From NCBI GenBank assembly GCA_964473615.1, contig CAYYPQ010000014.1, forward strand, positions 2,229 through 66,228: a DNA stretch of 64,000 bases. Reading direction: 5' to 3'. The position numbers and the translations under genes are program-made. The notes below the pieces were generated by a model. That model ran no database searches. It had not been told where the DNA came from and saw only the letters and a program-made list of their open reading frames with translations. This DNA comes from an uncultured Desulfobacteraceae bacterium (lineage in GTDB: Bacteria; Desulfobacterota; DSM-4660; Desulfatiglandales; Desulfatiglandaceae). Positions 18,801 through 30,800 of this stretch are shown in pieces (position 1 is the first letter of the stretch; the number at the start of each line of letters is the position of its first letter).

Positions 18801-21800
18801 GACATTGAAGGCGATCTCATCTGCATTGAGTGCGCAGTATTCATATTTCACGTCTGTCACAAAGTCGCTGACATAAGTGACGTCTCCGTCCTTTGTTGAG
18901 GAGGTTACATCTGACCATTTCTCGGTGTCGGAGTAATCTTGCTCGGAAAGAACGAGCTGTCCGGGCTTACCTATGTATGCATACCGGTGCTCGGCGATAC
19001 CGCCTTGATTGGCCCCAGCGGCCACTCGAATGATGTCTTTGTCGCCGATGCTGACAAATGAAATGCCCTCCCTGAGTTTCTCGGCGTTGGTGAGCAGTCT
19101 GTCGGCAGGCGACATGTCCAGCCTGGACGGGTCAATGTTTTGCACACCCTTCAAGGTGACTGGCTTGATCAGCATGACCGCCTGATTGTTGATACCGGCT
19201 CCAATGTGTGCCTGATCGCCGATCACCACCTGGTTGTTGCTGGTCACATTCCCGTACCCTGGGATGGGGAATCCATAGGGGATCAGTGACAATGAAAGCG
19301 CGGTTCCCTCCGTCTCTCTCTTATCCATTCCCCTATCAGCCACCAGATTGACATCTTCCATTGCTCGAATCGATGAACCGCCGAGGACATTGACACTGTT
19401 TGTTTCCTTAATGTCGGCCGTGGGAATTGGAACAGCAATATTGGGGAACATGGACATGGCCGTGAGTTCTGTGCCGGCGACACTCATGATCACGTCGGGC
19501 ACCTCAGTGCTGTTCCTGCCCGCGTACAAGTAAATATCGCTGCCGTTTACGGTGGTGTTGTTGATATTGATCATATTGGTGGCATTGGTGTTGCCGGTGG
19601 CCTCGGCCCCCGCGCCTCCGGTCAGGGCCGTTGCAACAAGCAGGTTTGCACTGGGATTAATGCTCGAGTCGGTCTTGGCAGTCAAATAGACGTCCCCTGC
19701 CTTACTTTCCAGGACAGCCCCATCTACGTTGATGGCAGCCAGTGTGTTTGAATTCACCCTGGAGATGCCCGTGGAGACACCAAACCCGGACACGCTTTCT
19801 ATCCTGACACTGTCTACGGCAAAGATGTCATTGAGCGTCTCAATCTTGAAGATGCCCGGAGACCGATTGTCGCCATCCACCGTCAGCCGGGCCCCGGTCC
19901 CGATGTTGACGGCGGACTCAAAGGGAAGATACTGGCTGCCGATGTCGGTTTCGCTCTTGAGAACCGTGACGTTTACGCCACTTGCAGAGCCCGATCTCAG
20001 GTTGCTGCTGTCCTTAAAATCATCCTTGGTCAATTGATTCTTGGCGTTGATGACAATGTTTTTGGCAGTGACACTGGCACCGTTGCCTATATCCACATTC
20101 GCTTTGCTGGTGATGCTGTTATCCACGCCCGCACCGCTTCCGGCCGCCGCCGCAAAGGCATAACTGTCGGCAGATGCATCGATGTCCTGTACGTGCGTGG
20201 AATTTATAGAAAGTCCATCGACTTGAATTTGTGCGCCCGCCCCGATTCGTGCCAGGGTTGCATTATTGCTGGTGACTTTCGACTCGGCACCGGCCGCGGC
20301 AACGGCCCCGCCACCGCCGGCCGTGCTCTCGGAAAGGAGATCATCCGTGCTGCTGGCAGTAATCCTGAGGGTCCTGGCCTGAATACTTGTCCCAGTGCCC
20401 ACCGCCGCCTCAACCTCATACACATCATAGCCCCTGCCGAGGTTTACGTCCGAGACCATGGCCCCCACGGCAATGGCACCGAAGGCACCCCCTTTTGCAT
20501 TTGTGTTTGCAATGTTGTTTGCCGTTGCCTTGATAGTGATATCCCCGCTTGAAATCAGTGTCGCGTTCACAGCAGACGCCTTCACCAGGGTCTTGATGTC
20601 TGCGTTGGCTTCATTTCCCTGCGCTCCTAGTATGGCCGAGCCTGACACCCCTGCGGATATGGTCTTGGCCACATTCGCGACAGAATCGGCGTGGATCAGC
20701 GTATTGTTTGAGGTAACAGTCGCCTCATTGATCCAGGCCTCAATATTGCTTCCAATCTCGTTATTGACAAGGGCAACACCTAGGCCCGCCCCCAGGCTCG
20801 CGCTGATCGAGACAGCAGTGGCGTCCCCTATTATGTAAGCATCTTCACTGGCCAGGACATTGACGTCCCCGTCTGCGGTCAGGTCTATGGGGCCATCCAC
20901 GTGAGCGGCCACATTGTTCATGATCGTGTTGTCGATATCAATGCCACCACCACTCAGGCCCACGACGCCTACCGTCACGGAGGCCGTGGTGGCGCTGACA
21001 TCACTCATGCTGGCACGAGCCACATCCGCCAGAATCGAGATGTTACCCCCGGCGTCAAGGCTCGTTTTGATTTGTTTCCACAGGTTTGTATCGGAGTAGT
21101 CCTGCGTGGTCAGGTCAACGGGGCCCGACAGGGCGGTTGCCCCAACATATTCATAGATGTCTCCATTATCCCGCTTGACCCTCTCGCCTTGGGAAACAGC
21201 GTTCGGCTGTTCTATCATCGTGTAATCATAGGGGCTGCTGACATACGCCTCAACATCATTGCTGATTGTGTTATCCACCGTGGATACTGCAACAGATGCG
21301 GCCCCAAGGCTTCCCGCCACGGCAACGCCGATGGCCTGGGATTTTGCCACGTGACTGTCTGAGACCGCGCTTATTTCTATTTCATCCACTGCCGTGGCCT
21401 CGGCATCCACCATGTAGGCATAGACGCCGCTTGCCAGGCTATTGGTCACATCGGCACCGCAGCCCGCAAGCGCGCCGCCGGGACCGGCCGCAATGGCGAC
21501 GGAGCCCGAAAAGGAGACCGCGTCCACGGTGTCTGTGGCCATGGCGAGCATCCGGATATCATCTGCTGAGGAAAGGGTTGCATCCTCCGCATAGGCCACG
21601 ACCTGGTTGAGGACCGTGTTTTTGAGGATAGCGACCCCGATGGCCCCTGAGGCGGCCACACTCCCTCCGCTCACCGCCGCGGCCACCCCGCCGACCAAGG
21701 CGTCGATGGTGGACGAGCTAAGAGCATCGATCGTTATATCGTCGGCAATCCGTTTCCAACGGGTAGTATCCGTAAAATCCTCTGTGCTCAGGTCAACCGG

Positions 21801-24800
21801 ACCAGGAAGTCCTGCCTCATTAACATATTCATATATATCGCCATCATCTAGCTTGATCCTTTCTCCTTGAAGGATCTGATCAGGCTGCTGGCTCGTGGTA
21901 TAGTCAAAGGAACTCTCACTCGTGGTGACGGTGCTGTCTTCAATATATGCCTTGACCGTGTTTCCGATCGTGTTCGTCACTTTGGCACCGGCCCCGCTCA
22001 GCGCCACGCCCACCGATCCAAAAGACGCCGCAAGAGCTGCGGCCACCGACGTGCCACCAATGCTTGCCTGCTCCAGGGCCTTGAGCGTCACCGCCCCGTC
22101 AGCCGCCGCCATGTTGTCGGCGTGAATGATGTAAGCCTCCACCTGGTTGGCGATAGTGTTTTCGGCAAGGGACACCCCGATGGCAATGGAAACAGCCGCA
22201 CTGCCCGCAAATGAGGCGGCCAGGGACCCAGCCCCCACATCCGCAGTGATTTTCGAGGTGTCCTGGGCCGTCAGTATCAGGCTGTCTGCAACGATCCCCG
22301 TGGAACCATCGCCGTCTATGAATGCCTTGACATTAGTAGAGATCTTGTTCTTGGCATCTGCCCCAGAACCGCTGAGACTGACACCTGCCGTGCCGGCAGC
22401 CGAGATCGCGACCGAACCGGCTACCACGACTGCATCGATGGTTTCATTGGCAAGAGCGCTCTGGATGAGATCTCCCTGCGTGGCTATGCTGGAATTCTTG
22501 AGGTAAGCCTGCACCTGAGCCGGCATGTAGTTGCCGTCCTTATCCCAGCCTATCATGTTGCGTGCCAGCGAAGCACCGATCGAGGCCCCGACACCGGCCG
22601 TGCCTCCAGCACCTACAGCAACGGATCCGGTGATCACCTTTGCTGTAATGCTGGAGGTATTTGTCGCGTCAAGAACCACATCACCCGTACTGACGAGATC
22701 GGTACCCAACACGTAGGCATTTGTCTTGGTCAGAATCACGTTCGTGGATTCAGACCCGCCGCCACTGAGGGCTATTCCGGTTTCACTGCTTGCGCCTACC
22801 CCTATAGAGGCAGCTATCGAAAGTGCTTTGATGGTGTCCAAGGATGTGGCGCGGAGCGCAACAGCCCCGGAGGTCAAAACGATGGTGTTGTTGGGGGCCT
22901 GCAATGCCGAGTTGTCGATGTAGGCCAGGGCGCTGTTGCCAATCGTATTTTGCGCAATGGAAACGCCAACGGAAATCGCCCCCCCAATCGACGTCCCACT
23001 CGCGCCAACCGCAATCGACCCGCCGACAGCATTCGCGATGATGCTGGCGTTGTCTGAGGCTGTGAGCGTCACGTCACCGGCCGTGCTCGTGATGGAGCCA
23101 ACCCCCTTGATGAAGGACTCTATGGTGTTAGCAATGTCATTGTAAGACGCAGCCCCGGTACCCGCGCCGGCAAAACCGGAACCTCCACCGGAGGCACCCA
23201 CCGCGACGGCCCCGCCGATCGTCAGGGCATCGATCTCTGCCATGGAGGTGGCGCTGAGCGTCACATTGCCGGCGGCCGAGACGGACGTGGTGCCGGGATT
23301 TGGAACATCGGAGTTGTCGATGAAGGCCCTGACCTTATTCTTAATAGAGTTATCCGCACGCGAGACGCCAATGGAAAGCGCCCCGCTTGTCGATTTTCCG
23401 CTCGCGCCTACCCCAATAGCGACACCGCCGCCGTCCGCGGTGATGACGGTGGGTTTGAGCACCCTGTAGGTGTTCTGCTCTTTTTTAATCAGGTACGTCT
23501 CGCCGTTCCCGTTATCCTTTACAAGCCACTCTCTGCCCTCGGCCCTGACAATCACGGTCACGTCATTCGATAGGGTGATCCCCTTGGCTGCAAAGGCGGC
23601 CCGCCAGGCAGCCGGAAGTTGCCCGTCGTTCTGGTAGTCGGTGGCCTGCAGGGCCGGCGCATCGAACAGTGCAAGTCCGTCAATCGCCGTCAGCTTCAGG
23701 CTCCCGCCCGTGCTCGTGACAGAGCTAACCCCTTTGATATAGGCCTCAACGGTGTTTTTTATGTCATTGTAAGACGAAGCACCCGCGCCTGCCGCCGCTA
23801 ATCCAGATTTGGTACCTGAAGCACCCACCGCAACCGCGCCACTGATGGTCAGGGCATCGATCTTGGCCGCGGATATGGCCGACAGTTCAATATTACCTGC
23901 GGATGTCACCGAAGAACCGTCGATGAAAGACCTGGTCTTATTTTCAATGAGATTATCGGCAATGGAAACACCCACCGAAATAGCTCCGCCCGTGCCCTGC
24001 CCACTTGCGCCCACTGCAATTCCGACGCCGCCCGCATCTGCTGTGATGTTGGAGCCGTCAGTGGCAGTCAGGTTCACGGCCCCGGTACCCGTGGTAGTGA
24101 CTAGGCTCCCGTTCTTGATGGCCGCTTCTATCGTGTTTTTAACGGTGTTGCCTGAACCGGCGCCGGCACCCGAAAATGCCAGACCGGACCCCTTCCCCGA
24201 AGCCCCTACGGCGAGGGCGCCGCCGATGGTCAGTGCATCGATGGTGGACGTGGACGTGGCGGTCAGTCCCACATTGCCGCCGGAAAGGATTGTAGAATTA
24301 TCTATGGTGGCGTATATGTCATTGCTAATCTCATTTATGGCCATGGACATACCGATGGAAATGGCGGTCCCGCTCCCTTTACCGCCCGCACCGATCGCAA
24401 TTCCTGCTCCTCCCGCATCGGCGGTGATGGTAGAGGCGTCCGTAGCAGTCAGGTTCACGGCCCCGGTAGCCGTGGTCGTGACCGCGCTGCCGTTCTTGAT
24501 TGTCGCTTCTGTAGTATTATCGATTGTGTTGCCCGAACCCGCGCCGGCGCCGGAAAAGGCAAACCCGCCTTTCTTCCCTACGGCTGCAGACACGCTGCCC
24601 GCAATGGTGAGGGCGTCGATAGTAGACGTCGAGGTGGCCAGCAGGTCCACATTGCCGGTCGAGGTAACCAGAGAATCATCAATGGCGGTGCATACGTCAT
24701 TGTCAATATTGTTGATGGCAATGGAGACACCAAGCGTGAAGGCCTTGCTTTTTTTCCTGTCCTTCTTGCTATCTCCAGAGTCTTTTCCAAGGGCAATCGC

Positions 24801-27800
24801 GACCCCACCCGCAATGACGTCGATGTGGGAGGTGTCCGTAGCTGTAATCAATATGTCACCGTCAGCATCTATGCCACTGGCGGTCTTCTCTCCACTAATG
24901 AATGCATAGGCATCATCTGAGATCACGTTGACCGAGACGGAAATGGCTGCTGCCATGGTCCCTTTGCTGGCACCGATTGCCGCGGCAATGGCCAGGATAT
25001 CTGAATCGTTTTCCGCATCCAGGATAATGGGGCCACTCGTGGTGATATCAGAATCTGCCACGTATGCCTTGCTCGAAGTATCAATGTAGTTCACGGCCAC
25101 ACCGGCACCCACACCGGCCTTGCCACCGTAAGCGAGGGCGCCGGAGACGGCAATAATCGATGAGGTATCATCGGCTGTTAGGGATGCACTCGTGGTATTA
25201 CTGATGACGGACCCGGAGTCCACATAGGCGTCGGTATCGCTGGAAATGAGGTTGACGCCCACAGAGCCCGCAATGCCCGTACCCCTCGTGGCCCCGGATA
25301 GGCCCGCGGCGACCCCAATAATCCGGCCGGTCGCCTCGCTGTGGAGAGTGAAGTCTCCGACGTTGTCGAGGACAGAGTCGTGGACGTATGCCCGTGTCTC
25401 ATTCGCGATGTTATTGACCGTGACCGCACCGGCAAGCCCGAAGTTACCCTTTTGGTTGGTCGACAGGGCCCCGGCGCCTGAAACCGCAACGATCAGCGTG
25501 GATTCAGTGGAAGTTAGTTCGAGGCCGTTGGACTGGGTAACAACAGAATCTGCTATGAAGGCCTCGGTGTTATCCAATACCATGTTGACCGAAACGCTAC
25601 CCGATACCGCAATTCCGTATTTTCCTCCGCCGCTTGGCGATTCTTTGGCCTTTCCCTGATCTTTGGGTGAAGGGCCGTCGCCGGTCTTGGAAGCAGCCAG
25701 TGTCACCGTGACAATCAGACCCTCGTTCGTGGCACTGAGGGTGGTCTTTCCGCCCGCACTAAGGGAGCCGTTCACGTCATTGGGTTCAAAAAACCTGTGG
25801 GCCGTGCCGGTAGCAACCGATGGATCCAGTGCAAGGCGTAGGCTATGGGATTGTCCTGACCCGAACAGTGTGTCCAGAACAAGTGGGGTTCCGCCGATAG
25901 TATCCGATAGTTTGATTTCAGTATCACTCTCCCGAATGACATAATAGGTCTGACCATCGTTCAGGTTACCAATGCTCTCATCTCCACCGTTTTGGTAAAC
26001 CACGGCATCACCGGTCTTAAAACCGTGGGCATATCCCAAATCAATTGTGGTCCCTGAGCCACCTGTATTATCGAGGTCTTGAAGGCCAAAGAAGGTTAGG
26101 GGGTCTTCTTGGGACTCGAGGACGGATCGGGCCAGTTTGATGGTGTTTGTGTCGATGGTGTTTACGTAATACGTATCGCCGCTGGTAAGCCCCCCGATAG
26201 GGGTGCCGTCGCCACTGTCATATACGATGGCCTGTCCTTCCCTAAAACCAGGCGTGCCTTCAAAGTGAATGGTATTGGTATTTCCATTAACGACGGGTAT
26301 CGGTTTAAACTCTGCGCCAATAGTATGGGAAGTCCCCTCCGCTGGGGATGCATCAAGGGGGACGTAAGTACCTTCAAGGGCCTTCCATGGGGATTCTGCA
26401 AGGCGGATGGTGGTTGGACTTTCCACGATCACATAATACGTACCCTTGTTCTCCAGGCCGCCAATGCTCTTGCCGCCACCGTTGCTGTAGACCACCTTCT
26501 GGCCGTCGATGAAGCGATGATTATAACCGAGGTTGATGATACCGTCGTCATTGTTTACGGCACTCGACGGATCGAACCCCATTCCGAGGCTGTGTGTCGA
26601 ACCGCTCCCAAATGAGGGATCCAGATCCAGTCGCAGGGAGTGCATTGCACCCGTACCGCCCTGACCCAGATCAAGGTCAAGCGGTTTTGGGGTATCGGAC
26701 AGGGCATCGTCGGGTAACTCTGCCAGTTGGACTTGGGTGTCACTAACCCGGATGACATAATATGTTTGACCGTCCGTGAGTCCGCCGATGCTCTCATCCC
26801 CACCGTTATGGTAAACGACTGCATCGCCGGTCTGAAAGCCATGGTCATAACCCAGGTCAATAGTCTCCACACCCTGCGCGTCATCCACATCGGCAGGAGA
26901 GAAGAGGGTAATCGGATCTTCATTTGCCTCCTCAACGGACCTCGCCAGTTTAACGGTCCTGGAATTGGTGACGCGAACGTAGTAAGGGTCCGCATCAATC
27001 AGACCGCCGATACTGCTACCGCCGCCGTTGCTGTAAACGACCGTATCACCCGTCTTAAGGCCGTGGTCGTACCCGAGGTCAATGGTATTCTCCTGATCGT
27101 TGACGCCCGTGCCTGGGGCAAAATCGCCATGTCCCAGGACCGATTCCTGATTGCCCATGATTGCCTTGGTATTGCGGTCGACCAGGTTTGTTCCTGAAGT
27201 GATTCCGAATCCCAGGCTCTTGCCCTGAATGATGCCGCCGACAAAATTTACGTTGAGCGCGTCATCCCTTGCGGTAACATCAACATTTCCATCTGTCGTT
27301 ACAACAGAGCCATCGTCGATCTTGGCAAGGGTATTGTTGCTCATGTCCACCAGGGTGGCGGTCCCGCTGGCGGAGAATGTGCCCGAAGTGCTGCCGGCAA
27401 GGCCGAGTGCCATGTTCTTGGTGATCGTCTGGGCATCTACCGCTAGGTTATCGGCGTTCACACGGGAACCGGACTCGATTGCGGCGGTGGTGGTGTTGGT
27501 ATAGAAAAATCCCCCGAAAGAACCACCGATAGCCGCGCTGTTGCCCTGATTGTTCGCTTCCTTATCGGCAAGTGTTACTTTCTTGAGGACCCTCGGGTAG
27601 TGACCGACCAGGTTGATGGCCTCTATATCGTTTTGGGCCTTGACGGTCACATCCTGGCCGGGTACGTCCATGTTTTGATTAATAAGTGCCCCTTCTCCGA
27701 TCAGGGCGGTGGCGGAGTTGTCGAGAAAGAGAAGGTTGGCGGATCCGGCAATTCCCCCCTTATTTGCCTCAGCCATACTAAAGGCCCAGCTTGTCACAAA

Positions 27801-30800
27801 ACTGTTGGGGCCTATATCTGTGGTGCTGACCGCTGATATCAGGTTTTTGTAATCGGCACCAATTTGCTTCATGGTGCCCCAGATGGTCTGATAGGGGATA
27901 AGGGTCTCCGACTGTACGAGGATCGCCCCCCGTGCATCCACTGTGGCCCCCGAGTCGATCAGGGCAGTAGACTCGTTTTTGTAGTCGCCGACCAACAATG
28001 CGATGCTGCCGGTGTATTCTTTCTGGACTTGTTTCTTGTTATCCTTTGCCTTGTAATCCTTGTCCGTCCCTGAGCCCACGACACTTGCGGCCGTGATATC
28101 CGGCCGGGCGATGGCGTCGGCCTTGACTGTAACATTCCTGCCTGCGTTCACAACGGCCGTGGAGCCTATCCTGGCCGTGGCCGAGTTCTTGTGGTCACCC
28201 CAGGCAACGGCCAAAGACCCCCCGAACTTGCTTAGCTTCTCTGAGAAGCGCTTGGGTTCTTCGGTCACGGCGTTTGATCTCGATCTCGTCTTTATATCTT
28301 CTACCTTTTCCGGAGGTTTATTGAATTTTTCTTTCAACATGCTGGTAGCCTTGCCGACACCAGGCTTAAAGAGATCCATGCTGAGCTTTATGGGAGTGGC
28401 GCTGTTTAGGTAATTGGTTGTTGTCGCAAACCAGGAATCTCCGATCTTGGATTGGGCCTTCGTAATGTTCTTGGCACTGATCGCCTGGGAGATGACCGAG
28501 ACGTCCCCGTTTGTGGCTGTTACTGTCCCGTTGAGGGTGGCATCCGCTGTCGCCTCCGAGAAGGCCACCAGGATGCCAGCGCCGATAAAATCAAAGGTCC
28601 CACCGCCGCTGGCGCTGCTGCTCAGGTTTTTGGTGTTGATTGCCATTATGTCGACGTTATCGCCTGCCGTAATAGTAGCGCCGCTTGCAACAGTCGTTGT
28701 GGCATGCGAATAGGCCTCAGTCCATGCGAACGTAATATGGCTCGGAATTGCCTTGTCCCCGAGCGTATCGCCCAACTTTTGTGGGGTAGTACCCATAACA
28801 TTCAAGGCCGTAACGCTCATGGTGTTCTTGGTGTCCGATTGAATTTTCACATTGCCTGCCGCATTAATGGATGTGCCCCCTTGCACGGTGACTGTCGCAT
28901 CCGACTCGGACAGGCCATAGGCCACGCTTGCCCCGATTCCAAGGCTGGTAACCTTGGCCTCGGAATTGGAATGGGCTTTCACGTTGACGTCGGCGTCGGA
29001 CTGGATTACGGTGCCGGAACCGATAAGGATATCGGCGGTAGACTTGGCCTTGCTTACACCCACAAATGGCCTGATGTTGCCGAAGAAATCAAGCGCCGAC
29101 TCTCCGACCTCCTGGGCCTTGCTCTTTTCACCGTCAAAGATGTTGTCATTGTCGGCATCCGCCCGGATAGTGATATCGCGACCCCTCAGGGTGGCGCCAT
29201 TGATCTCTATCCTGGCGTTCGTACTGCTGTCTACGTATGCCCATGTCTGAGAGTGATCAATGGTTGTTAATGTGATATCACCCCCGGCACGTAACAGGCC
29301 ATTGACCTGCGCAGTAATGGAACCGCCAATACTATCTGGATCTTGAACAGTAATGGTCTCATCGTCTACGTAACCGGTCCCGCGTGAGTGAATATACAGG
29401 GTAGGGTTGCCCCCGGTATCGGTGACAATATCGACCGTCAATCCTGTCCCGGAGCCTGAGGAAGTAGTCTGTAACTCGGTATACGACTTTCCAGTCGTCC
29501 AAGGCATTTGCTGTGTTAGCCATGACTGATTATATAACCCGGCTGGAATCCCTAGGGGATCAGTTGCAGATGGGCGGTCGTCAAAGGTCAGGAGCTTGGC
29601 CCCGGTGCCAATGATGATCGTCTCACCCGCAAAACCCAGGTTGCCGGAATCGCCTGTCGACAGGGACGTCTCCGGGTCACCCACCACATCCCGCGTGGAA
29701 ACAACGACCCCTGAGGCAACGCTAATACTCTCCGCATCGATCGAAATATCCCCCCCGCCGCTCGACGCACTTCCACTGAAGATGACACCGTCATTGCCGC
29801 GCCCGCCCAGGATGCTCAGTGCGGCGCCCTTGGTATCGACATTGCTGATGTTAATAGTGTCATCGCCACCGCCCAGATCGATGGTCAATGATGCGGATGG
29901 GATATCAAATACCTGGATTGCATTGAAAGTGCCTATATTCATCGTAAGCCGGAGCTGGGTGTCCAGTATTCCGCGATCCAGGGTCACTTGTCCGGACAAA
30001 AAGGAGGTCCTGATAGTCGTGTTAATTGGGTCAGAGCTATCCAAATAGAAGATTGGCTCAATCCCCGTATAGGCGATGGCACGCGTGTCACCGACAAAGA
30101 TTGTGCCTACGTTCAAGATGCCTGCACCACTGACGTCTGGTTGAACAGGGGTCAAGCTACCCGGGTTGGAAGGATCCTCGACGGCAAAACCGTCAAAGCC
30201 GCCGGCACCGCCATGAATGGCACCACTGATGCTGCCGCCACTGTAAAAGATAAAGCCATCCTCGTTGTTCGTGGCGCCGGTCAGGTTTTCGAAGCCGGCG
30301 AAGCCGACGCCTGCCACGTCGCCAGAATTAGCGCCGGTGATGTTCCAGGTGCTGTCGGCATCCGGACCAGAGAGGGAATCGTTGTTCCCGGCGCCCCCGA
30401 TGATGTTCTGGATATCGCTGACGCTCGATGCGCCCGGTTGCCCGCCACCGCTGCCCAGGTTGACGGTCACGCTGGTTGTGCTGTATAGATGATAATCCAG
30501 GGTGTTGCTACCACCGCCACCGTCGATGGTTCCACTTACACCCATCGCATTTGCAAAGACGAATGTATCGTCTCCGAGGCGGCCCGCGAGGTTCTCAAAG
30601 TCGCTGAAGGTTACGTTCCCAATGACGCTGCCTCCCGAGTCGGTGGTGATGAGTTGTCCGCCCCCCATGCTCGTGATATTCCAGGTGGAGTCATCCGGTA
30701 GGCCGAATAGGGTATCGGACCCCGAGCCTCCTATAATGACATCGATGTTGTCGACAACAATGCCCAGAGAGACGGTAATCCCGGTGCTCGTGGCGCTATA

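Noticed and set aside
23809-24909. A 366-aa plus-strand ORF, and the many other plus-strand ORFs of 60-270 aa between 9783 and 33236 (for example 28452-29270, 20034-20552, 12712-13224, 14811-15407).
   Set aside because: All lie antisense to, or out of frame with, the uninterrupted 23.4-kb minus-strand ORF. Their translations are low-complexity (Pro/Ser/Ala/Val/Met-rich) mirror images of the Gly/Ala/Ser/Thr/Asp repeats and carry no recognisable motifs. They are artefacts of repeat and GC composition.
22510-27100. Periodic DNA repeats that could be mistaken for a CRISPR array or a tandem satellite.
   Set aside because: The periodicity is 195-375 nt, it lies inside one open reading frame, and the copies are diverged at DNA level while conserved at protein level. 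These are coding repeats, and there is no repeat-spacer structure.
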